NCBI RefSeq assembly: GCF_000181795.1
Contig: NW_003526940.1
Span: 699,570 to 763,569, forward strand
DNA: 64,000 bases
Source: Trichinella spiralis
Taxonomy: Eukaryota
Direction of reading: 5' to 3'
Part shown: piece by piece, positions 27,377 through 41,555 of the stretch
Layout: each line of letters begins with the position of its first letter
Numbering within the stretch: the first letter of the stretch is position 1
Program-made: the position numbers and the translations under genes
The notes under the pieces: model-generated
What the model was told of the DNA's origin: nothing
What the model saw: only the letters and a program-made list of their open reading frames with translations
Databases searched by the model: none

Positions 27377-29126
27377 TCATATCAAAAATGGAATGATCGC
27401 TTTTCGTTCTGCTGGATAATGGGGAAATTCACGTTTATATGCTTTTTGTTTCGCACATGCCCAGATTGTCATTTGTATTGCACCCAATATGGTGAATATA
27501 AGAGCTAAATGAAATTTGAACGAATAAAACAAAAATTATCGAAAACAAAATTCTCTTACCAGGCAAGCACTGAGTCATCATCGAGAAACAAAACCAAGCA
27601 ATGATTTCGTATGTATAATTCGGAACGCTGACCAAATTGAACAACAATGTAAACGGATTTTCAGTTGGCATGGGAATTTTCCTTTCTTTAGAACCTGCAT
27701 GACATATTTCGAGGGTCAAATTTAACGCCCAAGCCTTGTTAAACAAACATTTCACATACCAACTGGTCGTAAATTGCTCAACGCTGCATGTATGGAATAG
27801 TTGCCAAGTTCAGCTAGCAGAAAACCAACCAATCCTATCAGAGCAATAGCAGCTTTCGGCTCTGTATAAAACGGATGATTGACATGGTAGCCGACAAATG
27901 CAGCAAATCCCCAATAATAAGCGCAATTCTTCAAAACAAGAAAGAATTACAGAAATAAAATTCAATAAAAATTACATGAACTTCTGATCATCAAATATAT
28001 AAAAGTGATTGACAAACTTTAAACAAATTTCGCAATGGCATGGTAGAATGCGAAAACTTGTGAACATACAACGTTTCGCAAACACGCTTCACATAGTGCA
28101 ACGTCCAGCAACCCAAAGCTAACCTGTAAAAAGCTGCTATTGTTCAGAAAATCAAAATAAAACTTTAACTTTGAAAGTCACAAATGACAAACCAATTCAT
28201 CACTACAAACTGATAACCGAAGAAAGATAAATATTTGCTGAGAAAAGAAAATCAACAAAATTCAGAATTCAGTAAAATTCATAAAAATAAAAGTTACCAA
28301 CCTAACTACCCAACTTGTCGGTATTTGATTAATATACTGATATTCATAGATCAATGGCAGTCGAAAGAAAAACATCGGATACACTATCAAAGGTCCGATG
28401 TATTCCAATAAAAAAACCTAATTAAAAAATTGATTTAAAATGTTAATGCAATAAATAGGTATGAAACAAGATTTACAGTTTTCCACTGAATCTGAGGACC
28501 CAAGTCTTTCACATACAGTTGTATTCTACCGTCAATTTTCGGCAATGTATCTAATTGGCATTCATCGCTCAAATTTTTTCCTCCTATAAAAGCATAAATA
28601 ATTATACAAATAATAAAATAAAACTTAAATTAACCAGTTGATTGCAAGCGAAGAGACTGACTTTCCACAGCAAACCCTGGTTCTAAAATTACATAATATA
28701 TTAATCGCAAATTTAAAATAAAAAAGACAAAAAAACATGTACTTTTCCTTGTAATTTCAAACTTTACATCCAATATGGTGGCAGTTAGTGGAAGCTAAAA
28801 GATTTCAATTCTACGTAATTAAAATAACATTTCATTAATTTATAAAAATAGCAAAAATAAATATCACCTTGCACACATGCATTCAACAAATTCTATCATT
28901 CCATTATTACACTCCCCATGAAAAATTGCATGAACTAACCAGTAATTAAAGAACTCAGCACTGCTAATAAAAACTACATCATAATTAAATTACAATAATA
29001 CTTACACTTCGCAAGACGAGCATCATTCGTAAAGTACGGCAATCATAAATTTCAATCTATGACATAAAATGCTTAACAAATTCATGCAGCAACGTACTTT
29101 AACATTCCTACCTCTGCAAGAGTCAT
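27377..29126 (-). CDS. TECR: Trans-2,3-enoyl-CoA reductase (very-long-chain enoyl-CoA reductase), multi-exon
   Basis: Exons translate to [79 protein letters not shown] and YPAERKAIIPFLI*. First exon MTLAE from ATG 29126. Confidence 0.93.
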
Positions 29127-29264
29127 TCTTTCCTATTCTTTATATAAACTGAAATAAAAGTATATGTATAAAGAAGATAAAATATTCAATTAACACAAAA
29201 ATGCAAGCGAAATTCAATAAATGCGTCTTTCAACGTCTTTTATTAATAGGTCATACTGTTATGT

Positions 29265-31845
29265 GATAATAAAGTTCCATTTTGCAAAATTATGCAATCA
29301 TTTAAGTATGGAAAAAAAATTAAAATTCATAATTTAACTAATATTTCTTTTTAAATAATTTAAATATTCCAAAATGCTTTAATTAATTCAACTTTCTTAT
29401 GATGCATCGCAAACGTAAATAGTTTATAGACTGTACTTGTAGCAGTTCTACTGCACTTGATTTTCACGAAAGGTGTCGGCGAAAACCTACAGTAGAAAGA
29501 AAGTGAGGGTTGGCTGTTCATTGTCATTGTAATGGTTGTGGTTTGTTTGCGCGTAATGTCTTTTGCCACGTTGATTGTTTGTTATTTGAATCAGTTTACA
29601 TTTTTCAAGTCCACTACGAACGTTGATTGTTTTATTCCAAATGGTTGCGAACCGTTAAAGAGGATGCAAGGTGACGTCGGATGGCGGTGATCGAATCGAA
29701 AGTTGCCTATTGCAGTCTGATCCATCGGTTAATAGTGGCGAAAAGGTACACGTTGCTTAACGGTAATGTATTAATCTGCTAAATTTTATTCTGTTTTATC
29801 AGTATTTTGTATCGCATTAAGAAACCAATATATTTTTTCAGTTGAATATCTTTTCTATTTAGCTAATAAAGAATAGTTCAAGTATTTAATTAACACAAAA
29901 CCAATAGCATAAAACTAGTATTTTTTTATGAAATATCAGTGAATTTTTTAAAAGTTCATTTTCTTCTGGTGGCTACACAGTATAAATTGTAGTATTATTT
30001 CCTTCTGAGAAAATAACATGTTTAAATAACAATTAAAAAATAATTTCCATTTCATTCACACAACTGCTTATAAAAATAGATTTGGTGTAATTGCATATTA
30101 TGTACTTCGAAAAGGACAACTTCATAAAATTGATCTTTTTGCAGTGTAGTGTATTCTTTTATAATAACTAAATGAGAAAATCTCAGTTTGAGCACATCCT
30201 ACTATTAAAAGTCATGTCTGATTTTCATTTGGTTTGCTTTAAGAAGCATTTTAAGAGAAATATTATTTTCTGGGTCCTTGAAAATCATTGTTTACTTTCT
30301 GTAGGCATGCTGATACGTAAGCGAAAATTGCTGTGGTTCTGACTGGAGAATTTGGCATCAAGCCGTGTGAAGTGGACAAGATTCACCGAAACATGTCGTG
30401 GACGACTTTGTACTGTCTTGTGATAATGAGCAACTGATGAAGATGCTTATTGGAGGCACTTTTTGATAGATCGAAATGGGATAGCAAAACGGTGACCGCA
30501 TCGTCAGACATGCATGAGGAAGATCGCCCATTGGTGTATGAAAACTTTGCTTGTGTGATCTGCTCTTGCTCCATCCGACTCCTGGTTGCTGTCCTTTTCA
30601 GTGCAGTAGCGCAAATTTTCGATTGATTTTGTTGTACTGCACCGTCTACAGTGAGTTGGTTTGGCAGCTAGGATTGAAATGGCATGATCCGCTGCCTCCC
30701 GAATTGTGTTCGCATTGATGGTGCTGGAGTGAAGAAATGATTGAGTTTAATCATTTCGAAGTTCAGAGGATCCTGATGATGATGCCGAACAATAGGCTCG
30801 ATAGCCTAGATGTACAGGCATTTGGAAATACCTCCAGAAGTGCAAACGGTACCGCCATCTACTTGCGTTTGGAATCTAAAGATCATCGATCATTTGGTAA
30901 CTTGGCAGCAGCCGCTCTGATTCGAAATAGAGTCTGCCCCTGATGGAATTGATGGCAGCATTGATCTGGGCTCGCTTGGTGAGAACAATCCGAATGGCAT
31001 TAGATGTGCAGTTATCGTTGATGACGTACTAGTTGGACAGTGAAGTCGCCCTGACATGGATCTTATCCACTGTGAATCGTTGAATATTTTGATTCTGAGC
31101 AGTTTTTCGGAAACATCGCAGTTAGTTGAGCCGGCCACTTGGTGAGTCTGGTTTGCAATGGACAATGGACGAGAGGACGTGGTGGAACGGGCTTGCGTGG
31201 TTTTCACAAACGCTGAGTTTTGTTCGTGAAGCTACTTCGGTCTCCAGAAACTGACCGAGAATGGCAGAAGTAGCGCCGGTGAAACCGCACGTCGGTTTTC
31301 GTGTTTGTAGCACAAGTAGCGGAGGAGCAACTGCATCTGCTCTCCTCTTTTGCAGTGAAGCGTTACATCAGAAAGATCACAGCATGGTGCCCGAATCATT
31401 TATGCTCAGCTTCCTGTCGTCCGGAGCCTCTAGACCAGGGGTAGTTAAAGAGATCCATATCGACGTTTTGGGGTCGATGGGAGTATCCATGGGGTCCATA
31501 GAGACCTAGGGATCGATTAACTCCTAGATCGAATCCCATCGGAGGAATTTATTATATGAAGAATTAATTTCGAATGGGCGAAGGGGATGGTCGAATTCAG
31601 GCTCAATTTTCACCATCTTTTCTTACTGGTCGTTTAATCCTTGCTTAGGGAACGCCATTTAGACAAAATACGGCCTTGTTATATGAGTTTTATAAATAGG
31701 GTGCATAGGCTTTTGTCAGAAATTTTTCGCGTCTCTCGTTTTGGATTTAAGTCATTTTGGAAAGAAAAGAATTATAGGAAATTTGCAATAGGTTGATGGT
31801 TGTTGAAATAGAGCCTGCAGATCTAATCGGATCTCTATGCAGATT
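29265..31845. repeat. Inverted duplication arm B' (TECR upstream region, Pao fragment 30300-31400, hAT end)
   Basis: Reverse complement of 9506-12053. Confidence 0.92.
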
Positions 31846-32102
31846 TTGAGTGGTTCATCGTTTGCATATAATAGTAACTAGTCGTTATTGGCCACATGTT
31901 TGAGATCGACTAACGGGCAAGCAAGCACAATACGAGCTAGGGACTTCATGCCTCCAGGTCACTCTCATATTTTCATTCTGTCTCATTTTTCGTCTAAAAA
32001 TAGTGATTAAAATTTTGAAACTTTCTTCAAGTGCTGGGCCGCGCGAATGCACTGTGCATGCGCTTAATAAAGCGTGATAGCTCGAAGCAAAGGACTTTTC
32101 TG

Positions 32103-32579
32103 TGTTGAGCAGCTGATGCAACAATATTAATTGTAAGGAAGATTGAACATGAACAACATTGTGCTGTTAACCTGACAGTTGATAAATGCCAGTTGCTTTT
32201 ACTTTATTGGCTGAAACGGTCATTTGGAAACAGTCATCAATCAAAAGTGAATAGACAGTTGATTTCTTATTTTCAGTAAAGCTGATTCCTGGAAGGGAGA
32301 ATGAACGGGTTGCAGTGTAGTACTTTTCTTTTTCCTGTGCTTGACTTCGGTTTGGTTCTTCTTCTTTGTTTCATGAGTGACGATTTGCATGTAGTTTTAA
32401 GTGAACCAAGTAATTTTACAGTGTTTTCCAGCGGAACCGCGAATATCAAATTTCCTCGAATACTTGCCGCTTCTATTCATACTCCCTCCAATCTTTTGCA
32501 TCTTGTATTTGTTCGGCACTCTCCAAGCTTGAGTCGCCGCTAGATTTAAAATATACCGTCCACTATCGATTATCAGAAG
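32103..32579 (+). mobile_element. 3'-truncated BEL/Pao LTR
   Basis: Direct repeat of 34046-34518, starting TGTTGA and lacking the last ~27 bp of the full LTR. Confidence 0.75.
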
Positions 32580-32619
32580 TAATATGGTGAAAGAAGTACG
32601 CAGAATTTGTTGGTTCCTT

Positions 32620-33917
32620 TCAACGATCACCAGTGAAAAATGATTGTCTTCAAAAGATGTGCGAAGACATGTTAGGGAAGAATTTAGCGCTGATAATGGA
32701 CAGTCGCGTCAGATGGAATTCTATGTTAACAAATATTGCGAAGGTTTTTGGAGATGAAGGACTGCGTCAAAAGTGCTTTGAAAAGTTTGTCAGACGTTGA
32801 TAATTTCTTATATGAAACGGAACTAACCTTAATATCTGACATCATGAATGCTTTGGAGCCAGTTGCAGTGTGCGTCAATGCGCTTGGAAGAAAAGATTGT
32901 TTATTAGCAACAGCCGAAACTGTTCTTGAATTTTTTGTTGCGAAATCTTAAGGAACAAAGAAGCGACATTGCCAAAAAGTTGTTCAATGCGATGAAGAAT
33001 AGAACAGAAGAAAGGAGAAACGCATCTCTTTGCGGCTTATTGTGTTACCTTGATAATCCTTCGAGCTACGTTTCCTCATCAAGTTCAAATTGCATACTAA
33101 CCCGACCGAATAAACGAGACATAAAGGCTACTGCGAAGGATCTGTTTGATAGGCTGTTCAAAATCCAGGTTCCTGTTCCAAGAAGAAATAAAGGATTCAG
33201 ATGATAGCGGTAGCGAAAAAAGCGATCCTGATATAAGTAAAAGTATAGCGGATCAAGTTGATACATTGATCGGAATGTAACAAATGTCCCATTTCTACTA
33301 GTTTATATCTGAAATTTCAGATGACGGTAACAACGGATAAGAACTACCGTATACCAGCTAATACCTGAAAATCAGCACTTAGCACAGTGGGGTTGGTTTT
33401 CCTCTCTTCTACCTTTGGAACAGTTAATCGATCTTATCGCTGCGTGACTTGGTTGTCACTGCCGTCATTTGTCTCTTTATTACCCTCTTGTTTGTTTTCT
33501 GTGCCATATTTACTCTTCAATAAACAGCTATCATATATATTACGTCTTGTTGTTGACACGCAATGCCTAGCACACGCTCAGTTACATCAGAGCGCCCTGA
33601 AGAGAACAGACAACAGCTGGAAAAAAAGGCCGGCACGCTACAGGAAGAAGAAAGTATGTGACCTGATGGATAGTTGTCATGGCAAAGATATTATGAAAAT
33701 TATCAAGAACGAAATGGCTGTCTTCGAAGCCGTTGGACAACGTCCAAAGACATTACAAAAGTTATATGATGCACTTATAACTGCACCACCGACATCCTGT
33801 GAGACTGGGCGAAGTTTCAGCGCAGCTGGACTTTTCGTTACAAAATTACGATTGTCTCTGAAAGACGAAACGATTGATACGCTTTGTTTACTACGTTCAT
33901 ATCTCATGAAAAGCTAA
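32620..33917 (+). mobile_element. Ac/ZBED1-like hAT transposase remnant, interrupted by an LTR
   Basis: MDSRVRWNSML motif and C-terminal hATC dimerisation motif PPTSCETGRSFSAAGLFVTKLRLSLKDETIDTLCLLRS, with frameshifts. Confidence 0.8.
33276..33586 (+). mobile_element. LTR inserted into the hAT remnant
   Basis: TGTAAC...GTTACA inverted termini and an internal AATAAA. Confidence 0.65.
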
Positions 33918-34045
33918 AATAAAAGGAGTAACTCATTTAGCTAAATGAATTTAGTTGACCGAAGTATTCGATTAATTGCGATTTATAAATTGTATTGTTC
34001 ATTATTTGAAAATTTTCAAATGAACGAATAAAAACTATGCCCTAC

Positions 34046-35450
34046 TGTTGACCAGCTGATTCAACAATATTAATTATAAGGAAGATTGAACATGAACAAC
34101 ATTGTGCTGTTAAGCTGACAGTTGATAAATGCTAGTTGCTTTCACTTTGCGATTTATTGGCTGAAACGGTCATTTGAAAACAGTCATCAATCAAAAGTGA
34201 ATAGACAGTTGATTTCTTATTTTCAGTAAAGCCGATTCCCGGAAGGGAGAATGAACGGATTGCAGTCTTTTTCCTGTGCTTGACTTCGGTTTGGTTCTTC
34301 TTCTTTGTTTCATGAGTGACGATTTGCATGTAGTTTTAAGTGAACCAAGTAATTTTACAGTGTTTACCAGCGGAACCGCGAATATCAAATTTCCTCGAAT
34401 ACTTGCCGCTTCTATTCATACCCCCTCCAATCCTATGCATCTTGTATTTGTTCGGCACTCTCCAAGCTTGAGTCACCGCTAGATTTAAAACATACTGTCC
34501 ACTACCGATTATCAGAAGAGTTCACGGCATCTTTTGCAGTGAACATTTTGGTCCTCTGAGCCAGAGTAGCTCGAAGCGAGCTACCTACGGATCGTGAATA
34601 CTATGGCGTCCGCTGCGAAGGCCAGATCTAAGAAGCTCGCCATTAACAAGGGCCTGTTGAACCGACTATTGGCAGAACTCGAGGAGTTGTGCGTAGGGTC
34701 AGCCGACATCTACGAGATCGAGGAGCAGGTCTCCATGACGGAGGAGATGTATCGTGCGTCACACGTACTCAAGGCCGAATTGGAAATGGATCTGAAAGGA
34801 GAAGAGCGTCAGTCCGCGATAGACGACTGGGCGAGGTGCCATCAGCGCTACCGATATGGGAGATCCTGAGCGCGCGCAATAATTGAGGAGGCGCGCGGTG
34901 AACGCCCTACGGGTGTCGACAGCGGCAATCCAGTTGCCTGATTATAAATGATGCCATTGCTGTGATTGTATTTTTGCCTGAGAACATGCTTAGCCCAGGG
35001 AGAAGTGGATGTTTGGCTGACAAAGTTGTGTAATCGACGAATGCGTATTGAAAGCTGCAGCAGGCACTGAACGAACAGTCACGCCGGCATGCTACGGCTG
35101 CGGAAATTGGAACACAGGTTCTTGGAACGTTAAGGCATCTCATGAAAATTACCATTATTTTAAAATCAAATCTGGCCAGCAGCGGCGTTTGACAGAAATC
35201 ACATTGAATTTACAGGTCCTCTTCTGATAAAGACAGGTACCGCGGAGGGTGCAAGTTACTGAATGTGCGAGTTCACGTGCGCAATGACCAGACCCATGAA
35301 CTTGGGACTGATATAGGAGATGACTTTCCTAATGCGGTAACAAGCATTATTTGTCAGGGATGCACTTGAATGCTCCGTGTAGCAGGATGGTTTAGTGGAT
35401 CACTGTGCAACGCTATCACTGGTACTCCTGAAGATTGAGGTTATAGAAAA
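34046..35450 (+). mobile_element. Internally deleted BEL/Pao retrotransposon: 5' LTR (34046-34545), PBS, gag start, integrase fragment
   Basis: LTR TGTTGA...TGAACA followed by TTTTGGTCCT, a Pao-type PBS. Gag-like ORF MASAAKARSKKLAINKGLLNRLL. Integrase-like EFTGPLLIK...CEFTCAMTRPMNLGL at about 35200-35320. Confidence 0.8.
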
Positions 35451-35579
35451 TTGTCGGATTCTCCCGTCACCAGCACGCGGCTTCGTTGCACTTTTCACTT
35501 TAATTGAACTTATTTTTACGCTGGATATTTGCATAAAAACTCTGGAAGAGTATGCATTTGATCAGTATAATTAAATGCA

Positions 35580-38500
35580 AAGCTTAGTTTTGTGCAATGA
35601 TGTGTGATTGCGCGATTCCCTGCGTTTTGATGTCGTCATTTTATTTGATTTGTGCTCAAGACATTCAAACTTTATGTGGCTCTACCTTCTTGATCTGTGT
35701 TTATAACTTTTCCTGAAGTACCATGTCATATATCGAATTTTTGAATAAAAGCTATTCACTAACTGTTGTTTTGCTTAGACGTCGTATTTTGAATCGACCA
35801 TTATCCATATGTACAGGCTGCTTTTCTTAAATCTTAAATACAACGATCTGTTCTGAACTTGATGGATCTTACAGAAAGTGTTAGAAAGACAAAAGTTGAA
35901 TATCCAATTAAATGAAAACAAATTCTAGCCTTGTAAATGAGTAAAGAATTTTATCAATAAAATAAGAAAGTTTGCAAAATTTTATTAGAACCAGGGAAAT
36001 GCAAGATCAGAAATATGGTGAGAACCACAATTTTATAATATAATACCTCGTTATATAGCAAACGTTTATTTTGTTGTTATTGTAATATGATTTGGAAATT
36101 AATTTACGTATTTTATTGAAAACTGTTTAATTTTTTAATGCGATTTCATTGCACACAGAATGGACAGTATTACATTGAAAATATTTTATTCAATTAGTAC
36201 AATAGATTTTAAATATGATAAATGGATGTGTACTTTTTCACTTGCTGCTTGGAAGTGGGCTATAAAAATGAATAATTAGTGTTATTTATAGTCTGGTGTA
36301 TTACTTTTATGAATACAGGCAGTTCTCCTATGTACATGAATACTTGTATAGTCAATGCATTTTGCTTGTTTAGCATTTTAAGTTTTGCTTAAAACTTGCT
36401 TAAATTAAGTATCTTTTCTGTATTTAAATTTTATGAATTTCATTTTTTTCGAAGCAGCGTTATAATTTACGGTAACTGAAATAAGATAGATTAAAAATTA
36501 TTTTTAAAATTATAATTTACAAATTAATAATTTATAAATTAAATGTGTAACTGTATGAAATCCAACGAACCGAATTTGCATGCATTTATTCAGACACGCT
36601 TCATATGGTGTCCATTTGTCCTTGTCGCATTTTTCCTTTGTTTGGCATTTGTTGATGTTTTTAAATTCGTTTTTACATTCTTTGTCTTCACAGAGTCTTT
36701 TACGCTTCTGAAAAAAATATATTTGATTATAATTTTATAATGCATGTTCAAAAATTTAAATTCATGCTTAATAAAATCTGGCAGTACCTCTTCTGTTTTG
36801 CATTCGAAATCTGATTTATATTCCTTAGATACTTTTGCACCGTTCTCTGTTTCTTGACATCTGCATCCATCACCAGGTAAAGGGTAGCAATGCTCTCTGT
36901 AGCCATCAAAGCGCTGATCTAGCTCTGCAACGACAGCTTTTTTTTCTGCTTTAAAATCATAATCTTTTTTTTGAGCCTAAACATATTTTCGAATGTTTTC
37001 AAGAACAATGAATTTAAAACAAAGTGTCATGATAAGGTACATGGTAAATTTTTGTTTGCAAAAGCGTTCCAATTAAGTCAAACTGGAATTTGAAAATTTT
37101 AAATGTATTTTAATTAAATAGGAAATTTGTTTTATGAAGCAAATTTAGAGCTAATTTAATTTGTTATTATCATTATCATTAATAATAATATTATGCTGCA
37201 CTTATGTAAGGAATGTACTGTGATGTGAAAAACATAAAATTTCTCTTTTGTTGATCGACTTTATAATTTGCAATGAAATTTTATTAAATTGATTTTTATC
37301 GAATTAAAGTATAATTTAGAAGTATTTCTTACTGTTTGCTTGGGTATCCTTAGAGCACTGGTAGCAATGACAAGCGCGAAAAAGCAAATCAGTTTCATAG
37401 TTGCTAAATTCAAGAATTTTTCATATGGTCTGACTTCCATAATTTGCAGCTCATTTATATAGAAATTCATTTCTATTACACACATCCTTTGTCAATAAGA
37501 AATTGAGTTTCTCATTCTTAATTTATTTCAAATCATTTATGTAAATATATGAATAGGCTGTAGAGTTATTTGCAATTTCTATGAGCATTTTTCAAATCTG
37601 TTACCTTTCTTTCAAGAATTATTTACTTCTTTCAAGAAGAAAAAATTTGCTGTTCTACTTCTTTTGTATCTGAAACTTTGAAATAATGAAATTAAAAAAT
37701 ATTTTTGAAAATCAGTACTATTCTACAATGAAATTTATTTTCAAAAATGAAAAGCTTATTCTTAACAAGAATATCTTGCATTTCATTTAAGATAGCTGAT
37801 TTGGTTGTTTATAAGTTATATTCTTATTTTGTAGATTTTTTATCAATATTAATAAATATTACTGTATTGGATATTTTATTTTCCAAATATTTGCACATCC
37901 AGTAAAATACTACTGCTTTTAAAAACTGACATTTTTATAATTGAAGCCATTGATTTATAAATGCCTTCGAGTAACCCCCAAATCATTAACTAATGTGTTT
38001 TGATAAATAAATCAGGCGTTTTCAGTTTACATTACTTTACCGTTTGCTATTTAATTGCCTTCTTTCTTTGCATTTAATTGCTTACTCTTTATAAGTTGAA
38101 ATTGAAAAGAAACAATTTTTAATTAAAATAAGTGTATTGAATTGAGAATAAAATCTGAAAATGCTCAAGCACTTATGAATGACAAACGTTGAGTGAAATA
38201 TCCTTCAAATTTTATGCAAATTCTTCACTTTGGTTTGCATTTTTTCATATTATGGCGTTTACCCACAAAATTAAAATTGAATATGTAGAATGTTCGTTAT
38301 TGATTTTATTTTGTTTATGAAATATGTGCATTAAAATTTCAATTCTCAAATTATGAATGTTTTTGAAACAGATTGTTTGTTTCAGTTATTCATAAATTTT
38401 ACAAAAGTACGAAGCAAAAAAATAAATTTGCTAGTTGAACGTTCCTCAGCAGTGTAATAGTGAAATGCCCGATAAATATTAGTTAAAACAAACAGTTAAA

Positions 38501-38822
38501 AGTTTCATTATATTTCAATAACATACAATAGAATGCAGTGGTTATGTGATGCCGCAGCTACTGGTTCCATGAAGATTCTGTATAAAGAGAGAGTTATATG
38601 TGTAATATTATTGAATAATCCAAATTTCATAAGCATAGAGTTCTGATGTCCAACATTTCACCAGCACTGTTAATTTATAATAATACCTTTCCTTAGTTAG
38701 ATGAGATATTTTCAAAAAAAGTTAGCAAAGAAGAGAATATATATATATATATGAAGGAAGATATCTAATGGAATACAAATAATTAAACTCTTTACACGTT
38801 TCAACAACCATTCAGATGCAAT
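35580..38822. repeat. Inverted duplication arm A'
   Basis: Reverse complement of 4318-7872 without the solo LTR. Identity is patchy. Confidence 0.9.
36238..37398 (-). CDS. Small secreted cysteine-rich protein, paralog 2 (4 exons, about 137 aa)
   Basis: MKLICFFALVIATSALRIPKQT / AQKKDYDFKAEKKAVVAELDQRFDGYREHCYPLPGDGCRCQE... / KRKRLCEDKECK... / PLPSSK*. Same intron positions as paralog 1. Confidence 0.8.
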
Positions 38823-40626
38823 GTAGTATACAAATTTAGAATGACCTGCTAAAAAGTTTTGCGCTTATAAATTATTTTTACTCTTATTCCTTCACTGTTA
38901 GCAGATATGTCTCTATGCAGATGTGGATTTCTCGATAATAATAAATGGAATTTTAAACTGAATTCAGGAAGTGTCAAACTGAGCATGTCTTGTGCTTTCT
39001 TTAATTTAGTTTTATTTGGGCATAATTTACTGTTTCAAATTATAATTGAATTGTGAAACGAAAAATTCAAAAAAATTCTGAAAGAATTGAATTTGACTGC
39101 ATTCAAGAATTATAATAATACGACACTATGAAAGGTAATGTTAGCATTATTATAACATCATTGTGTGGAAATTTTTCTTTCCTTTCAAGCGCATCAAATT
39201 TATCAAGCTAAAATTGAATCAAATCAAAATGCAACTAAATACACAGCGAATGTCGACTTAAACAAATCAGGAAGAATTCAATCCATCAAACTGATGAAAT
39301 AGCTCAAATTCTTAACGAACAAAGAAAGTATTGTTCAGTGCAGTATCGTTCCGTTTTCGACAGCAAAAGATAGCGATTATTCAAACAATGAATATAGCAT
39401 TTCATATAAAATATAGTAATAATATAAATAAAACAATGGAAAGTAAATTATTGTAAAATTTATTGTAGTTATGTAGCATTCTTGCATCTGTAGTCTTTAA
39501 ATGAACGGACATTTAGTTCAAACAAGCAGTCCGCAATAATGAATTAACAGTAAACGTCAGTTTTCACTTGCACTTCTGAACAAAATTTCCATGGAATATA
39601 TGTTACACATATGATGAAGATTATGAAAATGATAGCTTTTTAGCTAAAAAAGCTTTCTAGCTTTTTTTTCTTTTTAGTATTTTAGCTTTTTTTTATCCAA
39701 AAGCAACTGCCATACTGCATGCTATGCTCAAAGTACGGTTAAATTATATCCCAGTGCGTACCAAAATATAAATAGTTACAAACAAAAAGTACAACCAGCT
39801 TCATATACTGGTACATTACAAATACCTATCGTGCAATTTAAAAAGCATCCACAAAAATAAAAAAATATTGAAGTGACAGCTAAAGTATATTTCACTGCAC
39901 AAACTAATTCTGTAGGTGTAAATTAATTAAAATGAGATTTAAATTTAAAAAATGAGAATGGGAATTTCAAATGAGAAAGACACATAGTAGCTCAAATAAA
40001 ATATTTCTTAATATCCATTATAATAGAAACATAATGAGCTATTCAATTATTTGAGAACAATATCAAATAAGTGACACTGAAGGTATTAATTGATTTCATT
40101 AAGATGAAATAAATGTTAATCGTAAAGCACGAAATACTGGATACACAAAGAATTCAGAATGAACAATCATGAAAATAACAATGTAAATAAATTATCCAAT
40201 GAAACAAGTTATGAAATTTATCAATATTTTCCCATTTTCAGGATAAAGCAATTTCACTGACATTTTCCAATGCTTACTTATGAAAAAAATGATAGTTAAT
40301 TGGCTTGCGATTCAAAAACGGAGAATAATGCACTATTCAAAATAACAAGCAGAATGTTTTAGTAGGTTACAATGATATTTTTGAAAAGGATATCTTCATC
40401 CAATATTATGCACAAAATAATGCAATTAATTAACACAAAATAAGTTAATAATATAATTTTATTCAATTAAAAAAATACAATAAAATAAAGCAATACGATA
40501 TAAGAATTCAAAACACGCAACGTAAATTTGAGAGTTATATTATAAATAATGAAAATAAAATAAAGTTAAAATTACGAATTATTTGAAAATCATCAAATTA
40601 TTATTCTTCATCTTCGGTGAAGCAAA

Positions 40627-41133
40627 TCAACGAACCACAGCTCTACTTCTCAACGAATACCGCTTCTGTTTTGGAATTGATTTTAATGAAGAACGCTTTC
40701 GACGAGATTTACTAGCCTTGATCAAAACTGCTTTTTGATTGGATTCCTTCACGCTTCTTTTCTTATTACGACGAGATTTTCCTCCACTTTTAGATCTTTG
40801 TCGCATTGCGACTTTACGGGCCACTTTCTTGCCAGGGCTCTTCTTCCTTGTAATACTCTTTGATCTCGAACGTGACCGCAACGACTGCAAACACGTTGGG
40901 CAAATTATTTCTGAGGGAGCTTCATCTCCATCTAATTGTACAGCTGATGGTCTTTTCTGCAATTTTAATCTTGATGATGGAACCACGATTTGATGAGTAG
41001 AACGCTTTGGGGTTTGACTTCTTGATATTGAACGTCTTCGAGGACGGGTAAGACTACCGCTGCGACTACTCATACTTCGTCGGGTGCTACTGCGACTGCG
41101 ACTTCGACTATAACTACGAGCAGAGCGCGCCAT
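40627..41133 (-). CDS. Protamine-like basic protein (copy 2)
   Basis: Identical to copy 1 except R to T (SITRKK). Upstream flank is shared up to the gap at 41546. Confidence 0.75.
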   Translation of the reverse strand: MARSARSYSRSRSRSSTRRSMSSRSGSLTRPRRRSISRSQTPKRSTHQIVVPSSRLKLQKRPSAVQLDGDEAPSEIICPTCLQSLRSRSRSKSITRKKSPGKKVARKVAMRQRSKSGGKSRRNKKRSVKESNQKAVLIKASKSRRKRSSLKSIPKQKRYSLRSRAVVR

Positions 41134-41555
41134 TGTCGAACAGGGTATGGACCACACGAGCGATAAGACTGAACAACTTTTGTTTGAACATCACTTATAC
41201 AGGCTATATTGCACTTTAAACAATATCACTTTAAATCAAAATTGTTTAAACTTATCTTTAAAGTAGGTTATGAATAAAGTGATCATTATTATTATTTCAG
41301 TTTCATGCAGTAAAAACATTGTAATTTCTGAAAATAAATGATTCACTGAGAAGAACTTTGACATAAATTATGAAATATGAAATTGTTTCTAAAAAGAGTT
41401 TCCATTGTTAATGTTGTTGTTGAACGTTCATTTCATTTCATTTATTGGACCTTTGCGCAGTTGTCCTATTGGCTTTCCTTTCATGCAAAAAGGGTGCAAT
41501 CAAATGGCATCCATTTCTGTGCTGTCAAATCCAATGAAACAGAATNNNNNNNNNN

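Noticed and set aside
29425..29725. U3 snoRNA-like look (agactgtactt start, cgaaaacc, gtctga)
   Set aside because: Boxes A, B and C are not recognisable, and the 5' motif is deleted in the other copy. An Rfam scan would be needed.
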